From a virus: a DNA stretch of 64,000 nucleotides. This document shows positions 16,816-26,275 of the stretch, piece after piece. A model generated the notes under the pieces. It was given only the letters and a program-made list of their open reading frames with translations. It did no database searches and was not told the DNA's origin. Within the stretch, counting starts at the first letter, position 1, and each line of letters begins with the position of its first letter. The DNA lies in the IMG/VR virus record IMGVR_UViG_3300010400_000003, positions 1 to 64,000 of that record. One strand, given 5' to 3'. A program made the translations under genes and the position numbers.

Positions 16816-17094
16816 TCAACTCTCAGTCCAGATGTACTCAATCGCGGAATGGCTAATGTAGTAACACGGTCGCCCGTCGTAATGGCTTTTGTGGAAACTC
16901 ACGGCAAAGTCATCGGCCAAGTGTAAGCCTCGCTCGGCGCCCACGGCATAACTCATGTCGTGCGCCCACTGGTGAATGTCCCGGCAGTGTCGGCGCAGGG
17001 TCGCAAGCGTCACGTCTCGCGCAGCGTCCACCATCGCGTGGATTTTCGCCGCCGTGCTGTTCACGCAGCAAGTTGTGTAAGCGAATCGTTTCAT
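16816..17094 (-). CDS. hypothetical early protein
   Basis: coupled ORF. Confidence 0.65.
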   Translation of the reverse strand: MKRFAYTTCCVNSTAAKIHAMVDAARDVTLATLRRHCRDIHQWAHDMSYAVGAERGLHLADDFAVSFHKSHYDGRPCYYISHSAIEYIWTES

Positions 17095-17663
17095 CGCCCA
17101 GCCTCCTCGTTGTCGTGGTCAATGATCTCGACTTCCACGCCCGGCGGGCAGGTCGTCACTTCGGCGCAGCCGCCCTGGACTTCGACGATGACGCGCACAA
17201 GCGGGAGCATCGGATGGAGAGGCTTGCCCGCCACGAGTTGCCGCGCCGTGCTCTGAATGTGGCACAGCGCCCCGCACTCGGGACACTCGCCCGCCGGCAT
17301 CGGCTCGCCCGGGTCCACGCGCAAGAAGATGTCTTTGATCTCGGCCAACTCCAATTCGGAGCTAACCTTTCCGCAGTTCGGGCACGGCTCGCACATAGCC
17401 GGCTCGTTGGGCAGAGTCGGGCGCAGCGGGCGAACGGCGTCAGCTTGGGGTGTGATGGTCGTCGGCTTGTGCTCCAGCGCGAACTTATCCGCCCGCGCCC
17501 GCGTTTCAACTTCCTCGTGCCTTGCTCCGATGAACGGCACCCAGCCGCCCGCGGTCTGGACGAGGAATTGACAGCCGGCATCCGCTTCGCCGTCGTATCC
17601 GCAGACGTAAGGCCCGCGAACCGTGCCCGGTGGGAATGGTTTGTATTCAGTTGTTTCTTTCAT
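17091..17663 (-). CDS. Zn-ribbon hypothetical protein
   Basis: CPNCG...PGEPMPAGECPECGALC. Confidence 0.7.
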   Translation of the reverse strand: MKETTEYKPFPPGTVRGPYVCGYDGEADAGCQFLVQTAGGWVPFIGARHEEVETRARADKFALEHKPTTITPQADAVRPLRPTLPNEPAMCEPCPNCGKVSSELELAEIKDIFLRVDPGEPMPAGECPECGALCHIQSTARQLVAGKPLHPMLPLVRVIVEVQGGCAEVTTCPPGVEVEIIDHDNEEAGR

Positions 17664-17806
17664 GTGGTGTATGGGTTGATGGTTGAGGTTCGGGACCGCC
17701 GGTCAAAGCAGAATGTAGCAAAGCAGCGCAATATCCGCCGCGAAGTTCAGCGCCAGCGCGAACACCCAAAGCTGGGTATCGTCGCCGACGCCAGTGTATT
17801 TCAGGT

Positions 17807-18082
17807 TCATGGTTCGGAGATTGCACCGATGAAGTCAGGGCGGGGCAAAACGCCAGTGCGGGCAAGCTCGGCGTCAAACTTCTTCTCATGGCAAGCGAGA
17901 CAGATGCCACCGGGGAAAACGGCGAGCGGGTCAACTTGGGTTCCGCATTGGCGGCAGCACGGGGTTAAGTTCGGGTTTGGTGCTTCTCCCCTTGCGAGTC
18001 GCTCCGTCTCAAGTTGACGGGCTTTCGCCCATATCCGGCCCATGCGGGCGTTGTATCGTTCGGCGCTGGTTCTTGTGTTCAT
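17807..18082 (-). CDS. hypothetical early protein
   Basis: CRQCG, CLAC. Confidence 0.6.
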   Translation of the reverse strand: MNTRTSAERYNARMGRIWAKARQLETERLARGEAPNPNLTPCCRQCGTQVDPLAVFPGGICLACHEKKFDAELARTGVLPRPDFIGAISEP

Positions 18083-18154
18083 GGTGTGGTTGAGTTTGAT
18101 GACGCGGGATAATCCCCGCCCACTGCCCCGCCGAAGCGAGGCAGGGAGGGAGAA

Positions 18155-18343
18155 TCACACCGCGTCGCAATACGCTTGGAAGCCTTCGCCAGTTTTCAGA
18201 AACAGCGCACACCGTAAAGCGCGCTCATTGCTCCACCCCATCTCCGTGAGGTAATCAACGATTTTGGTTTGTGAGAATCGCCGCGCCAGTTTGCGCGCCG
18301 TCGTGCAATTCCCGTTTATCAGGTTTTCGATCATGTTTTCCAT
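18155..18343 (-). CDS. hypothetical early protein
   Basis: ORF in co-oriented cluster. Confidence 0.55.
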   Translation of the reverse strand: MENMIENLINGNCTTARKLARRFSQTKIVDYLTEMGWSNERALRCALFLKTGEGFQAYCDAV

Positions 18344-18368
18344 AGTTTCGAGATTGAGTGAACGGCGG

Positions 18369-18767
18369 TTAGGATTTGCAGCGATGGACTCGGCAAATGT
18401 CGTTGTCGCCGATGTTCACGCCATGCCAGCGCGAGCCGTCGAAGTTGAACCAAACGTCCTCGCGTGTTCCGGCGATGTTGTGCCTCGATTCGCGGCAGCA
18501 AGTCACGGGGAAGTTTGTCGAGCCTTCCCATGTGCCGACGTGAATCCGCGCACCGATGGTGCGGCGATACAGGACAGCGCGACCGCTCGCTTTCATGGCC
18601 TCGACTTCCAACTCTGCCAGCGCGTGGTTGTGCGCGTCAATTTCGGGCTGGCTCAACTCGCCAACCTTGCCAGTTGGCGCAAAGGCGCCGTGGCCGGTGA
18701 AGTTGAATATGTAACCGATCGGCGAGCCGTCGGCGGTTTTGATCGTGGTGTTTTGTGGTGTTTTCAT
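18369..18767 (-). CDS. hypothetical early protein
   Basis: MKTPQNTT start after A/C-rich leader. Confidence 0.65.
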   Translation of the reverse strand: MKTPQNTTIKTADGSPIGYIFNFTGHGAFAPTGKVGELSQPEIDAHNHALAELEVEAMKASGRAVLYRRTIGARIHVGTWEGSTNFPVTCCRESRHNIAGTREDVWFNFDGSRWHGVNIGDNDICRVHRCKS

Positions 18768-18843
18768 TGCGTTTTTGGTTGATGGTTTCAGTTGTGCGGA
18801 CTCCCGCGCAGATGGGCGCACACGGCGCCCACCTCCGCGAACG

Positions 18844-19059
18844 TCACGCGGCGATTGCAACGGGTTGGCCCGCGACCATGCCGTAGTAAAGCTCTGTCCC
18901 GGCGGGAATGTGCGCTGGCTTGGTCCGCACAGCCTCAGCAATCGCAGACTCGCGGTCCCATGCGTAAATGTAAACCGGATGCCACATGCGCCAAGTCAGG
19001 CGATGCTCGGTGAGAACGGGGTTGTTTCGTACTTCAGACGGTGGTGTTTTCGTTTTCAT
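18844..19059 (-). CDS. hypothetical early protein
   Basis: first gene after the 19093-19120 promoter. Confidence 0.6.
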   Translation of the reverse strand: MKTKTPPSEVRNNPVLTEHRLTWRMWHPVYIYAWDRESAIAEAVRTKPAHIPAGTELYYGMVAGQPVAIAA

Positions 19060-19092
19060 ATTCAGGTTGATGTTTGATCTACTGTCGAGGGG

Positions 19093-19120
19093 AGTCTAGC
19101 AGCCTACGAGCGTAGGTCAA
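19093..19120 (-). promoter_or_regulatory. promoter with palindromic operator
   Basis: TTGACC-16-TAGACT; CCTACG-AG-CGTAGG at 19103-19116. Confidence 0.7.
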
Positions 19121-19141
19121 GCGGAAATCGTAAAAAGTTTC

Positions 19142-19354
19142 TCACAGGTTGAGCGAGTCCCGAATTTCCCGGCGCTCGTCAATCACGCTTCGCCCCTCCT
19201 TGGCAGAGCGATAGCCTTGCCGCCAATAGTCGGCCCGCTGACCGTTGACGCCTTTGCGGCCATGATACGGGCACGAGTCGGCGGGCTGACCGTCAAAAAA
19301 CGCTCGGGCGCCTTTCTCAAAGCACCCGATGAGTTGGTATCCCCAAGAGTTCAT
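19142..19354 (-). CDS. Rmf/CrpP-fold small protein
   Basis: FEKGARAF..G....SCPY......YWRQGY. Confidence 0.65.
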   Translation of the reverse strand: MNSWGYQLIGCFEKGARAFFDGQPADSCPYHGRKGVNGQRADYWRQGYRSAKEGRSVIDERREIRDSLNL

Positions 19355-19355
19355 T

Positions 19356-19928
19356 TCAGAAAGGTACTTGCTCGGCAGGGCGGGCGGAAATGATTCGTTG
19401 GCACAGCGGACACCAAACGTGATCGTCCGGCTTTTCGTGGCTTGCGTGAGTCTCGGTCATCGTCAGCGCGGGAGAATCGTCCGCCGACTCCGGCACGTAA
19501 GGCGAACCAAACCGCTCGGCGTATTCCGCGTCCGTCCAGACGCCAAGCAGCTTGCCGTTCGCCTGATAAGCGGCAACCAAAGCCTCCGACGCGCGGTAGT
19601 GGTGTGTTTCGTTATCAGGCCCGCCTCGCGTCGCAATGATTCGAGGCTTGTCCGACTTCTCGCCGCGTAGTGTCGCGTAAAGGTGGAAAGCAAGCGTCCG
19701 GCATTGCCCGTCATCGTCCCAGCCGATAACGCCGATGTCTTTGAGGGTGAAACCGCGCAGCGTGTATTCGCAATAGTCGGTGTGGAACCCGTCGCTGCCG
19801 TCCATGTATTCGGCACCTTGCCAGCGGTCTTGGATGTATTTCGATGCGTCAGCGAGGTTGTTGAATCGCTCGATGCTTGGCCGTCCGAGACCTTCTTCGC
19901 GGCAGGCGATGGAGAGTTTTGCTTTCAT
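19356..19928 (-). CDS. hypothetical early protein
   Basis: first gene after the 19965-19992 promoter. Confidence 0.65.
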   Translation of the reverse strand: MKAKLSIACREEGLGRPSIERFNNLADASKYIQDRWQGAEYMDGSDGFHTDYCEYTLRGFTLKDIGVIGWDDDGQCRTLAFHLYATLRGEKSDKPRIIATRGGPDNETHHYRASEALVAAYQANGKLLGVWTDAEYAERFGSPYVPESADDSPALTMTETHASHEKPDDHVWCPLCQRIISARPAEQVPF

Positions 19929-19964
19929 ATTTTTGCTTGGTTCAGGTTTGATCTACCGGCCCGC

Positions 19965-19992
19965 AGAATACACCCTACGGACGTAGGCGCAA
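19965..19992 (-). promoter_or_regulatory. promoter with palindromic operator
   Basis: TTGCGC-16-TATTCT; CCTACG-GA-CGTAGG at 19974-19987. Confidence 0.7.
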
Positions 19993-21165
19993 GCATTTTC
20001 TTCAAAATTCGCACTTGCGCCCGAAACGCGGTTGTGCCATTGGTTGCGCAATGCTTGGCTGCATCAAATACTTTCGCCCGACGATTGGCGCCCGTAACGG
20101 TGCGCCGGATGCCGCCAAGCTTCTTCTTCGTCGGGCGAATTCATTTGAGGGGTCGCTGTGAGACTCGGCCACGAGAAAGCCCGCCGCCGCGACTTGGAGC
20201 GCAAGCCAGCCCGCCGCTACCACAACCCGAGTTTCATCGCCATCGCTGGCCAGGCTTCAAAACCGTTCCGCCCAGGAATGTTCGAGGGCAAGTCGGTTCA
20301 GGAAGTCCGCGCGACCGTGGGCACGGACACAAATCCCGTTTTCGTCTCCGTCAGGCCAGAAGCGCCCGACGGCGTTCTTTGAGATGTACAACTGCGCTGG
20401 GTGAACGCCTTACCCGCGGATCACCCTTGAAAGCGGGTCGCCAACGCGCCCGCCAGACCGGCGAACACAAAGCCGGCCGAGACAAAATCATGCCGCCGCG
20501 TCATCCGACTGCGAAAGCACCGGGACAGGCCGCAACCCGAGCCATACGCCAAGCACATTCGCCGCGCCAACTCGCCGCTCGATCCATGACGCCCGAGCGT
20601 GGTTGCAGGTCCGAAAACTGCGCCTCTGACTACCTCAAAGCAACGTAAAAACCAGCCGTAAACCCGGCTGGCGGCCTTTTGCCAAACCTCGAACCAAGCC
20701 ACCGAAGCACGCGCCCACCGACTGCCCGAAATCCAGACAGGAGCGAGACACGCGAATTCCCAATCCAGGAGACGCACGCGCCCGCAGTGGGGACTATGAC
20801 CCAACCTCCGCTCGGTACCTATATGCTCCCCATACGATACTATATCCTCCATATCCGCTATTGGTATGCGCTGGGGGTGATATAGGTTCCGAATCACGAC
20901 AATCCCGACTGACTTGGTTGATTAAAGCCTCCCAATCTTGTGCATACATTATTCGCCTTTCAACCTCATGCAAATGAGCCACTTGCACAGGTTGTGGATT
21001 GTGGGGTGGATTATGACGGCCAAGAGTCCACAATTTCCTACCGGTTGTGGTGTCGAGTCGAAGCTGGCGGCCACGACGACCGACCGGCCCGGGGCTAGAT
21101 CCTGACGGTGGACGACCAAGCCGGGCATCGCGGGGGTGGCGTGGGGTGGCCTGAAAAGTATCGTA

Positions 21166-21666
21166 TCAGGTAGCGATTCCAGCGCAGTCGTTTCTGGAAA
21201 AGCATCTGAGCCGGTTATTCTCCGGTTCGATCGGCCTGACGTTTGAGAAGTGAGCAGCCTTCAGAACTTGTGATTCAATGGTGAGATCGAAGGAACCAAG
21301 CGGGGCGATGTGGTCGCACTCCCAAAGGTCGCCGTAGTTCTCCCACGACCAGCCCGGCTTGAACTGAGAGGCGATATGCCTGCGAAAGTCTGCTGGTGAG
21401 CAGGCGAGCACCTTTGAGTGACGTTTCGACTTTGGGTGGTAAACGATGGCGTTTCGAACTGCGGCGTAGATCCGGCGCATGTTGATGTGGTGCCTCCGAG
21501 GCTTGCTAACCGCGGCGAGGTATTCGGCCTTGGTTTTCATCCCGAGCCGCAAGCGACGCGATGCGTTGATTTCCTCTCGGTGAGCGTCTTTGTGGGCGAG
21601 TATATTCGCCCGGTTAGCGGCGTAGTAGGCTTTGTTCCTGGCGCTTCGTTCCTCGATTGTTTCCAT
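21166..21666 (-). CDS. free-standing HNH-type endonuclease
   Basis: LACS...GWSWENYGDLWECDHIAP..SFDL...HFSNVRP. Confidence 0.8.
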   Translation of the reverse strand: METIEERSARNKAYYAANRANILAHKDAHREEINASRRLRLGMKTKAEYLAAVSKPRRHHINMRRIYAAVRNAIVYHPKSKRHSKVLACSPADFRRHIASQFKPGWSWENYGDLWECDHIAPLGSFDLTIESQVLKAAHFSNVRPIEPENNRLRCFSRNDCAGIAT

Positions 21667-21721
21667 AGGCGTGATTCCAGCAGAACCACGTGGAACTGTC
21701 AACGGTTTGTTTCCAGCGAAA

Positions 21722-21982
21722 CTACGTTTGTCCGCGCACGCCGGCGTCCTGTCCATGGCCGTCGGGTTGGCGGCGTGGCTCGACCTGCGAGTGCCCTCGG
21801 GATGTCAGCCAAGCCGGCCAAGTGGCCGGATCTTCCGGGCGGTAGGTCGCGGTGTAATCAGGCGGCGGTAGCGGGCAACCGAGCGGGCAGGGTTCGTGGA
21901 CGGTGATGGTCGGGGCGAATCGGTCGGGGCGGGCGATCATGCCGGTACTCGAGCAGATGGGGCAGGGGCGTCTGGCGCTCAT
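21722..21982 (-). CDS. Zn-finger hypothetical protein
   Basis: CPICSSTG, CPLGC. Confidence 0.45.
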   Translation of the reverse strand: MSARRPCPICSSTGMIARPDRFAPTITVHEPCPLGCPLPPPDYTATYRPEDPATWPAWLTSRGHSQVEPRRQPDGHGQDAGVRGQT

Positions 21983-21985
21983 GGG

Positions 21986-22246
21986 CTACTTGCTGAATTC
22001 CTTGTGCGGGTATGGGCAGCACTTTTGCGCCGGGCATTCGTCGCAATACCAGTCGCCTTTCTTCGTGAGGATGCAGCCCCAAGGCTTTGGCTTGCCCTTG
22101 CCATCACCCCACGACCAACGCACCGGAATCTTATCGGCGGCGAGAGTGCAGAGCTTTTGTAGTTCCTCTTGCTTTGGGGCGCGCTTGGCGGTCGCCACCG
22201 CCTCTTGCAGCGCGTCGTATTCAGATTCGGTCAGCAGGTATTGCAT
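21986..22246 (-). CDS. Cys-rich hypothetical protein
   Basis: MQYLLTESEY...WYCDECPAQKCCPY. Confidence 0.65.
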   Translation of the reverse strand: MQYLLTESEYDALQEAVATAKRAPKQEELQKLCTLAADKIPVRWSWGDGKGKPKPWGCILTKKGDWYCDECPAQKCCPYPHKEFSK

Positions 22247-22538
22247 TGGTTTCTGGTTTCGATTTCTCGCGTTCAGCCATCTCCGCCAACCTCGCCTCCG
22301 CCTCGGCCGAGAACTCCGCCTGTTGCTGCGGCGTCTTGGCCAAGGTGGTGCCGCCGATGAAATCAGGCTGGACCTGTCCGGCGCTGTTGCTGGTCCAGAA
22401 TTGAACTTGGACGCAGAAATTGGCGCCAAGCAGGATGGCCACACGCTCGCGCCAGTTGAGTTGGCGGAACCACTCGAAGGTGTAGCGGTGCTTGAGTTTG
22501 GGAGGGAGGGGAGTGCCGATCGGGAATTTTGGTTTCAT
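22221..22538 (-). CDS. hypothetical protein
   Basis: ORF. Confidence 0.55.
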   Translation of the reverse strand: MKPKFPIGTPLPPKLKHRYTFEWFRQLNWRERVAILLGANFCVQVQFWTSNSAGQVQPDFIGGTTLAKTPQQQAEFSAEAEARLAEMAEREKSKPETNAIPADRI

Positions 22539-22586
22539 TGAGTGATTGAGGTTGCCGGCTTCCGCGCGCCGGCGGCGCTGGGTTCG

Positions 22587-22910
22587 CTATTCCTTGTTCT
22601 CAGGCTCGCCCACCGTTAGGCCGAGCGAGGTCGCCTTGGCGCCTTCGACGGTCAGTTTGATCGCGTCGGTGATGGTTTCGACGCCTTCACCGATGTCCGC
22701 GTCGGCCTCGACGACGAACATCGTTTCTCCCGGCGTGTCGCTGGAGACGAGTTCGGCGGACATCCCGTCGTCAGCCACTTCGACGGTGGAGTCGCCGCTG
22801 GAGACGGTCCATGTCGGCTTGCCGTCCAACTTGGCCGGCTTGCCCGCGCCGGTCTTGGGCGTGAGCGTAACTTTTACTTTTTGCTCGTTGGTTATTCGGA
22901 TCTCTGTCAC
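22587..22910 (-). CDS. Ig-like beta-sandwich protein
   Basis: GTG start after AAGGA; VTLTPKTGAGKPAKLDGKPTWTVSSGD. Confidence 0.65.
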   Translation of the reverse strand: MTEIRITNEQKVKVTLTPKTGAGKPAKLDGKPTWTVSSGDSTVEVADDGMSAELVSSDTPGETMFVVEADADIGEGVETITDAIKLTVEGAKATSLGLTVGEPENKE

Positions 22911-23063
22911 GGCTTGTTCCTTTCTTTGTTGTTCACCGGGCCGACGGTCCACTCGAAATGCGGCCGAGCGTTCCGGCATTTGCGTTTGTGCCAATGCCAA
23001 CCGGCCAGCAGGCCGGCGGCAAAAGTGAGGATAGCGATGGCGGCATTCATTCAAAGAACTCCT

Positions 23064-23318
23064 TTATGGCTTTTGATTTGCGAGACTGCGGATAATGGCA
23101 AAAGCGAACCGCTCGCGCTCCTGTCCCGAATTGGGCCCTGCAATGGAGTTAATCGCCGCCTGAAAGATTGCATCTCCCCTCAGACGATGCCCATCTGGAA
23201 ACAACAGCGACACATCATTGGGGTCTTTGCAGGCAACCGGAAGGTAGCCTTCGGACTTCAAGATGGCCAGATCCCCGCTGACGATTGACCCGGCTTTGTA
23301 GAGGATGATCTGTTTCAT
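23064..23318 (-). CDS. hypothetical protein
   Basis: ATGA-coupled to RusA gene. Confidence 0.55.
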   Translation of the reverse strand: MKQIILYKAGSIVSGDLAILKSEGYLPVACKDPNDVSLLFPDGHRLRGDAIFQAAINSIAGPNSGQERERFAFAIIRSLANQKP

Positions 23319-23767
23319 GGCGCGAGTTCGTTGATGGTGATGTCCGCCCCACCTCCGATGAATCCGATGGAAAACCATTTGGATACGTGAAGTTCGCAGA
23401 TCTGCGCGTCATCTCGCCAGACCCCTAGTTGCGTCAGACAATCCATCACGGCCTTGGCGTAGTTGTCGGCATCGGGCTTCTTGGCGCACCAGTTAGGCGC
23501 TTCGGCGCGGATGCCTTTTTTGGTGAAGTGCGCCTTCGGCCTGGAGATGAATAACTTCAAATGCAGCGACACCGGACCTTCGTAGGGCGTGAATCCAGAC
23601 GGCAGATGTTTGCGACACTCGGCGGCGATCAACCCCTTCCACCCATCGGCGGTCTTGGCGTCGTACACGCGGGCGCTCCACTTGTCGCCGAACTTGCGGG
23701 CGAACGCGCGCGGTCGGGGCTGGCCCTTGGGATCACCGCTGACGTAGAAGCTCAGGGTTGGTTTCAT
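23315..23767 (-). CDS. rusA: RusA-family Holliday junction resolvase
   Basis: P.GQPRPR, KPDADNYAKAVMDCL, WRDDAQI. Confidence 0.9.
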   Translation of the reverse strand: MKPTLSFYVSGDPKGQPRPRAFARKFGDKWSARVYDAKTADGWKGLIAAECRKHLPSGFTPYEGPVSLHLKLFISRPKAHFTKKGIRAEAPNWCAKKPDADNYAKAVMDCLTQLGVWRDDAQICELHVSKWFSIGFIGGGADITINELAP

Positions 23768-23973
23768 GGTTCCTCTCTCAAATGCTCAGGCAAATCCGAT
23801 GCGGGATGCCACAGGTAGCGATCCATAAGGAATTCAAGGTTCGCCCGCAGCATTTTACTAGAGGTGGATTTGTCCAGTCCGCGGACGCACGTTTTGATGA
23901 CGGACAGGTCGGCGCTTACGCTGCGTCTGTGGTGTTTGCTCCTAGCGGGCAATGGTGACGGGTTCTCGATCAT
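23764..23973 (-). CDS. hypothetical protein
   Basis: coupled ORF. Confidence 0.5.
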   Translation of the reverse strand: MIENPSPLPARSKHHRRSVSADLSVIKTCVRGLDKSTSSKMLRANLEFLMDRYLWHPASDLPEHLREEP

Positions 23974-24496
23974 GGTTCAGGTATTGAGGTTTGAGTTGGA
24001 GCTTTCGCCCGCTGCCGTACGCGTAAGGTTTGAAAACGGCTTCGAGCGCGGCCAGGAAGGTTTCGGTCTGGCCGTTGCGCTCGGTCGGAGTCGAGACGAC
24101 CAGGATGTCGCCGACGGGCGTGACGCGGAATTTCCACGGCTGGCCGGAGGCGAGTTCGGCCAGGCGTTCCAGACGGTTGTGAAAGAGCGCGACATCGAAG
24201 TCCTGGTTGAACGCGAAAGCCTCGACCGGCTCGCGATCGCCGATGAAGGACTCGCGCAGGGAGAAGCCAATCGGCTCGCGCAGCGTGGCCGCGGCTTTCT
24301 GCACGAGGTAGTTGACGGCGTTGACCTGCCCGCCGTGCTTGCCGACCAGCCGCGGGTAGTCGGCGGCGTGGGGCATGACGACCAGCGTTTCGACCCCGCC
24401 GACCTTCTCGGAGAAGATGCGCAGGTCCTCCAGATGGCGGCGGCAAATGACTTCGACGATCTCGGTCAGGACTTGGAACAGAGGTTCATGTTTCAT
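23942..24496 (-). CDS. KH-domain (KhpA-like) RNA-binding protein
   Basis: LVVMPHAADYPRLVGKHGGQVNAV with GxxG loop. Confidence 0.7.
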   Translation of the reverse strand: MKHEPLFQVLTEIVEVICRRHLEDLRIFSEKVGGVETLVVMPHAADYPRLVGKHGGQVNAVNYLVQKAAATLREPIGFSLRESFIGDREPVEAFAFNQDFDVALFHNRLERLAELASGQPWKFRVTPVGDILVVSTPTERNGQTETFLAALEAVFKPYAYGSGRKLQLKPQYLNHDREPVTIAR

Positions 24497-24640
24497 CTTT
24501 GCGGAGTTGTTTTACGCTTCGTCCGGCAGGCTGTCAAACGATTTCATTCGTCGCCCTGCGGCGCGCGGCCGAGTTTTGCAGCGACCCACGCCTGCCAGGC
24601 GACGTGATGGCAGAGCGCGTGAGTGGCGCGGCGGTCGCTT

Positions 24641-26275
24641 TCAGTCGGCATGGGGACTCCTTGGCTCGTCGGCGTTTTCAATTATTCGCTCGTTGATCGT
24701 CATTTTGCTTCCGAAGAAGTTGCACGGGATGGTGAGTCCGGCGCCGCCCTTGGTGCTTTTCAGAACCTTAACCGTCAAGAGCGTCGGGTCTTTCTCAGTG
24801 CGCCATGCTCCAATGACCAGGCCCGCCGAGTTCTCCAATGCGCCGGAGTCTTTGCCGGAGTGGAGCGTGATTTCGTCGTCACCGGATCGGCCAACCTGGG
24901 ACGCGATCACGATGATCGTTTTGGTCATCTTGGCGATCACCTTCAAGCCCTCGGCGGCGTCGCTGGTTTTCTGGTATCGGTCGCCTCGCCCTTGAAGTAG
25001 CTGAACGTAATCCACGAGCACCAACACGGGCTTGCATCCGATTTTCAACTCGCTGCGAATTATCAGGTGCTCCAAGTCCTCCAGCGTCAACCTCGACTCC
25101 GGGCAGACGAACAGGTTCGGGAACTGCCTCATCACCGCGTCTCGCCCGAACGACCCACCACCGCGATATTCCGTCTCAATGTCCACGCAGTCGAGGCCGG
25201 CGCGGATGGCGAAGAACCGCTCGTAAACCAACTCGATTGGAAGCTCCATCTCGAACAGTAGGGATTTCAGGTCGGAGCGCACGGCGAGATTTTGAAGCAT
25301 GGCGGTCTTACCGGCGCCGGTGTCCCCGAGCAGGAGCACCAGTTCTCCTGGAATTATCGAACGGATTTTCCCCCGAAAAGATGGCAGCCAGTTCCCAAGA
25401 TCAAGCGACACCACGCGCGACTGGTCCACCTGCTTCTTGTACATCGGCTCGATGTCGGCCATTGAGTAAACCGGCAAGCGATGGCCTCCGACGTGCGGCA
25501 CGGCCGCCGCGGAGAGTTCGTCCAGAGCGTGCTTCGCGTCCAGCCCCACCTTGAACGTGGCGATGTAGTCGGAAACGTCCTTGACGGTGGATATTTTCAC
25601 GAACCTCACCGACCTCGCCTTGGTCGCCACGGAATCGTAAACCAACTGGATGTGCTTCCTACCCGCATCGTCGTTGTCGCCGCACAGGATGATTTCCTTG
25701 CCGGACAGTCGCTCCGTGTAGGCGTCGAGCCACTTTCCAGCCCCTCCGACGTTGCACGTCGCGCAGAAACCCAGCAGGGCCAAGCTGTCGGCGTCCTTCT
25801 CCCCCTCGACGATCCATACCGTCTCCGATTTGATAACCTCTGGCAGCCGATACAGCACCCGCTCGACGCCATCCATGCTCCAAACCCACTCTCCACCTAC
25901 GGCGTGGCGCTGGCGGAACGACTTAGGTTTCAGCCGTATGGCCTGGTAAACCTCAACCCCCAAGGCGTCGGTGTAACTGTAAACCTTCTCGATCACCGGC
26001 TTTTCCTTTGGCGCCACAGGAAGCTGCTGGCCGTTGGCGTGCCTGTTAGTTGGCGCACGCTCCCCGGCGAACAGGTCGCGCAAGGAAAGCCCCATCGCTC
26101 CAACAACCGCGTGCGCCGTGCATCCGGCGAAGCATTTCAGGAGGACCCCGCCATCAGTCCCGCGACCGATGGAGAGGGATGCCGAGCCATCGTCGTGCGC
26201 TGGGCACTTCGCCATCACGCCTTTGGCCGTCTTGGTGGACTTGTCGAACCTGGATATGAAATCCTCGTAGGTCAT
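24641..26275 (-). CDS. primase (Zn-binding + TOPRIM) / DnaB-like helicase fusion
   Basis: CPAHDD..SL...CFAGC; VEGEKDAD; DND; GDTGAGKT; VDYVQL; SQ. Confidence 0.9.
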   Translation of the reverse strand: MTYEDFISRFDKSTKTAKGVMAKCPAHDDGSASLSIGRGTDGGVLLKCFAGCTAHAVVGAMGLSLRDLFAGERAPTNRHANGQQLPVAPKEKPVIEKVYSYTDALGVEVYQAIRLKPKSFRQRHAVGGEWVWSMDGVERVLYRLPEVIKSETVWIVEGEKDADSLALLGFCATCNVGGAGKWLDAYTERLSGKEIILCGDNDDAGRKHIQLVYDSVATKARSVRFVKISTVKDVSDYIATFKVGLDAKHALDELSAAAVPHVGGHRLPVYSMADIEPMYKKQVDQSRVVSLDLGNWLPSFRGKIRSIIPGELVLLLGDTGAGKTAMLQNLAVRSDLKSLLFEMELPIELVYERFFAIRAGLDCVDIETEYRGGGSFGRDAVMRQFPNLFVCPESRLTLEDLEHLIIRSELKIGCKPVLVLVDYVQLLQGRGDRYQKTSDAAEGLKVIAKMTKTIIVIASQVGRSGDDEITLHSGKDSGALENSAGLVIGAWRTEKDPTLLTVKVLKSTKGGAGLTIPCNFFGSKMTINERIIENADEPRSPHAD

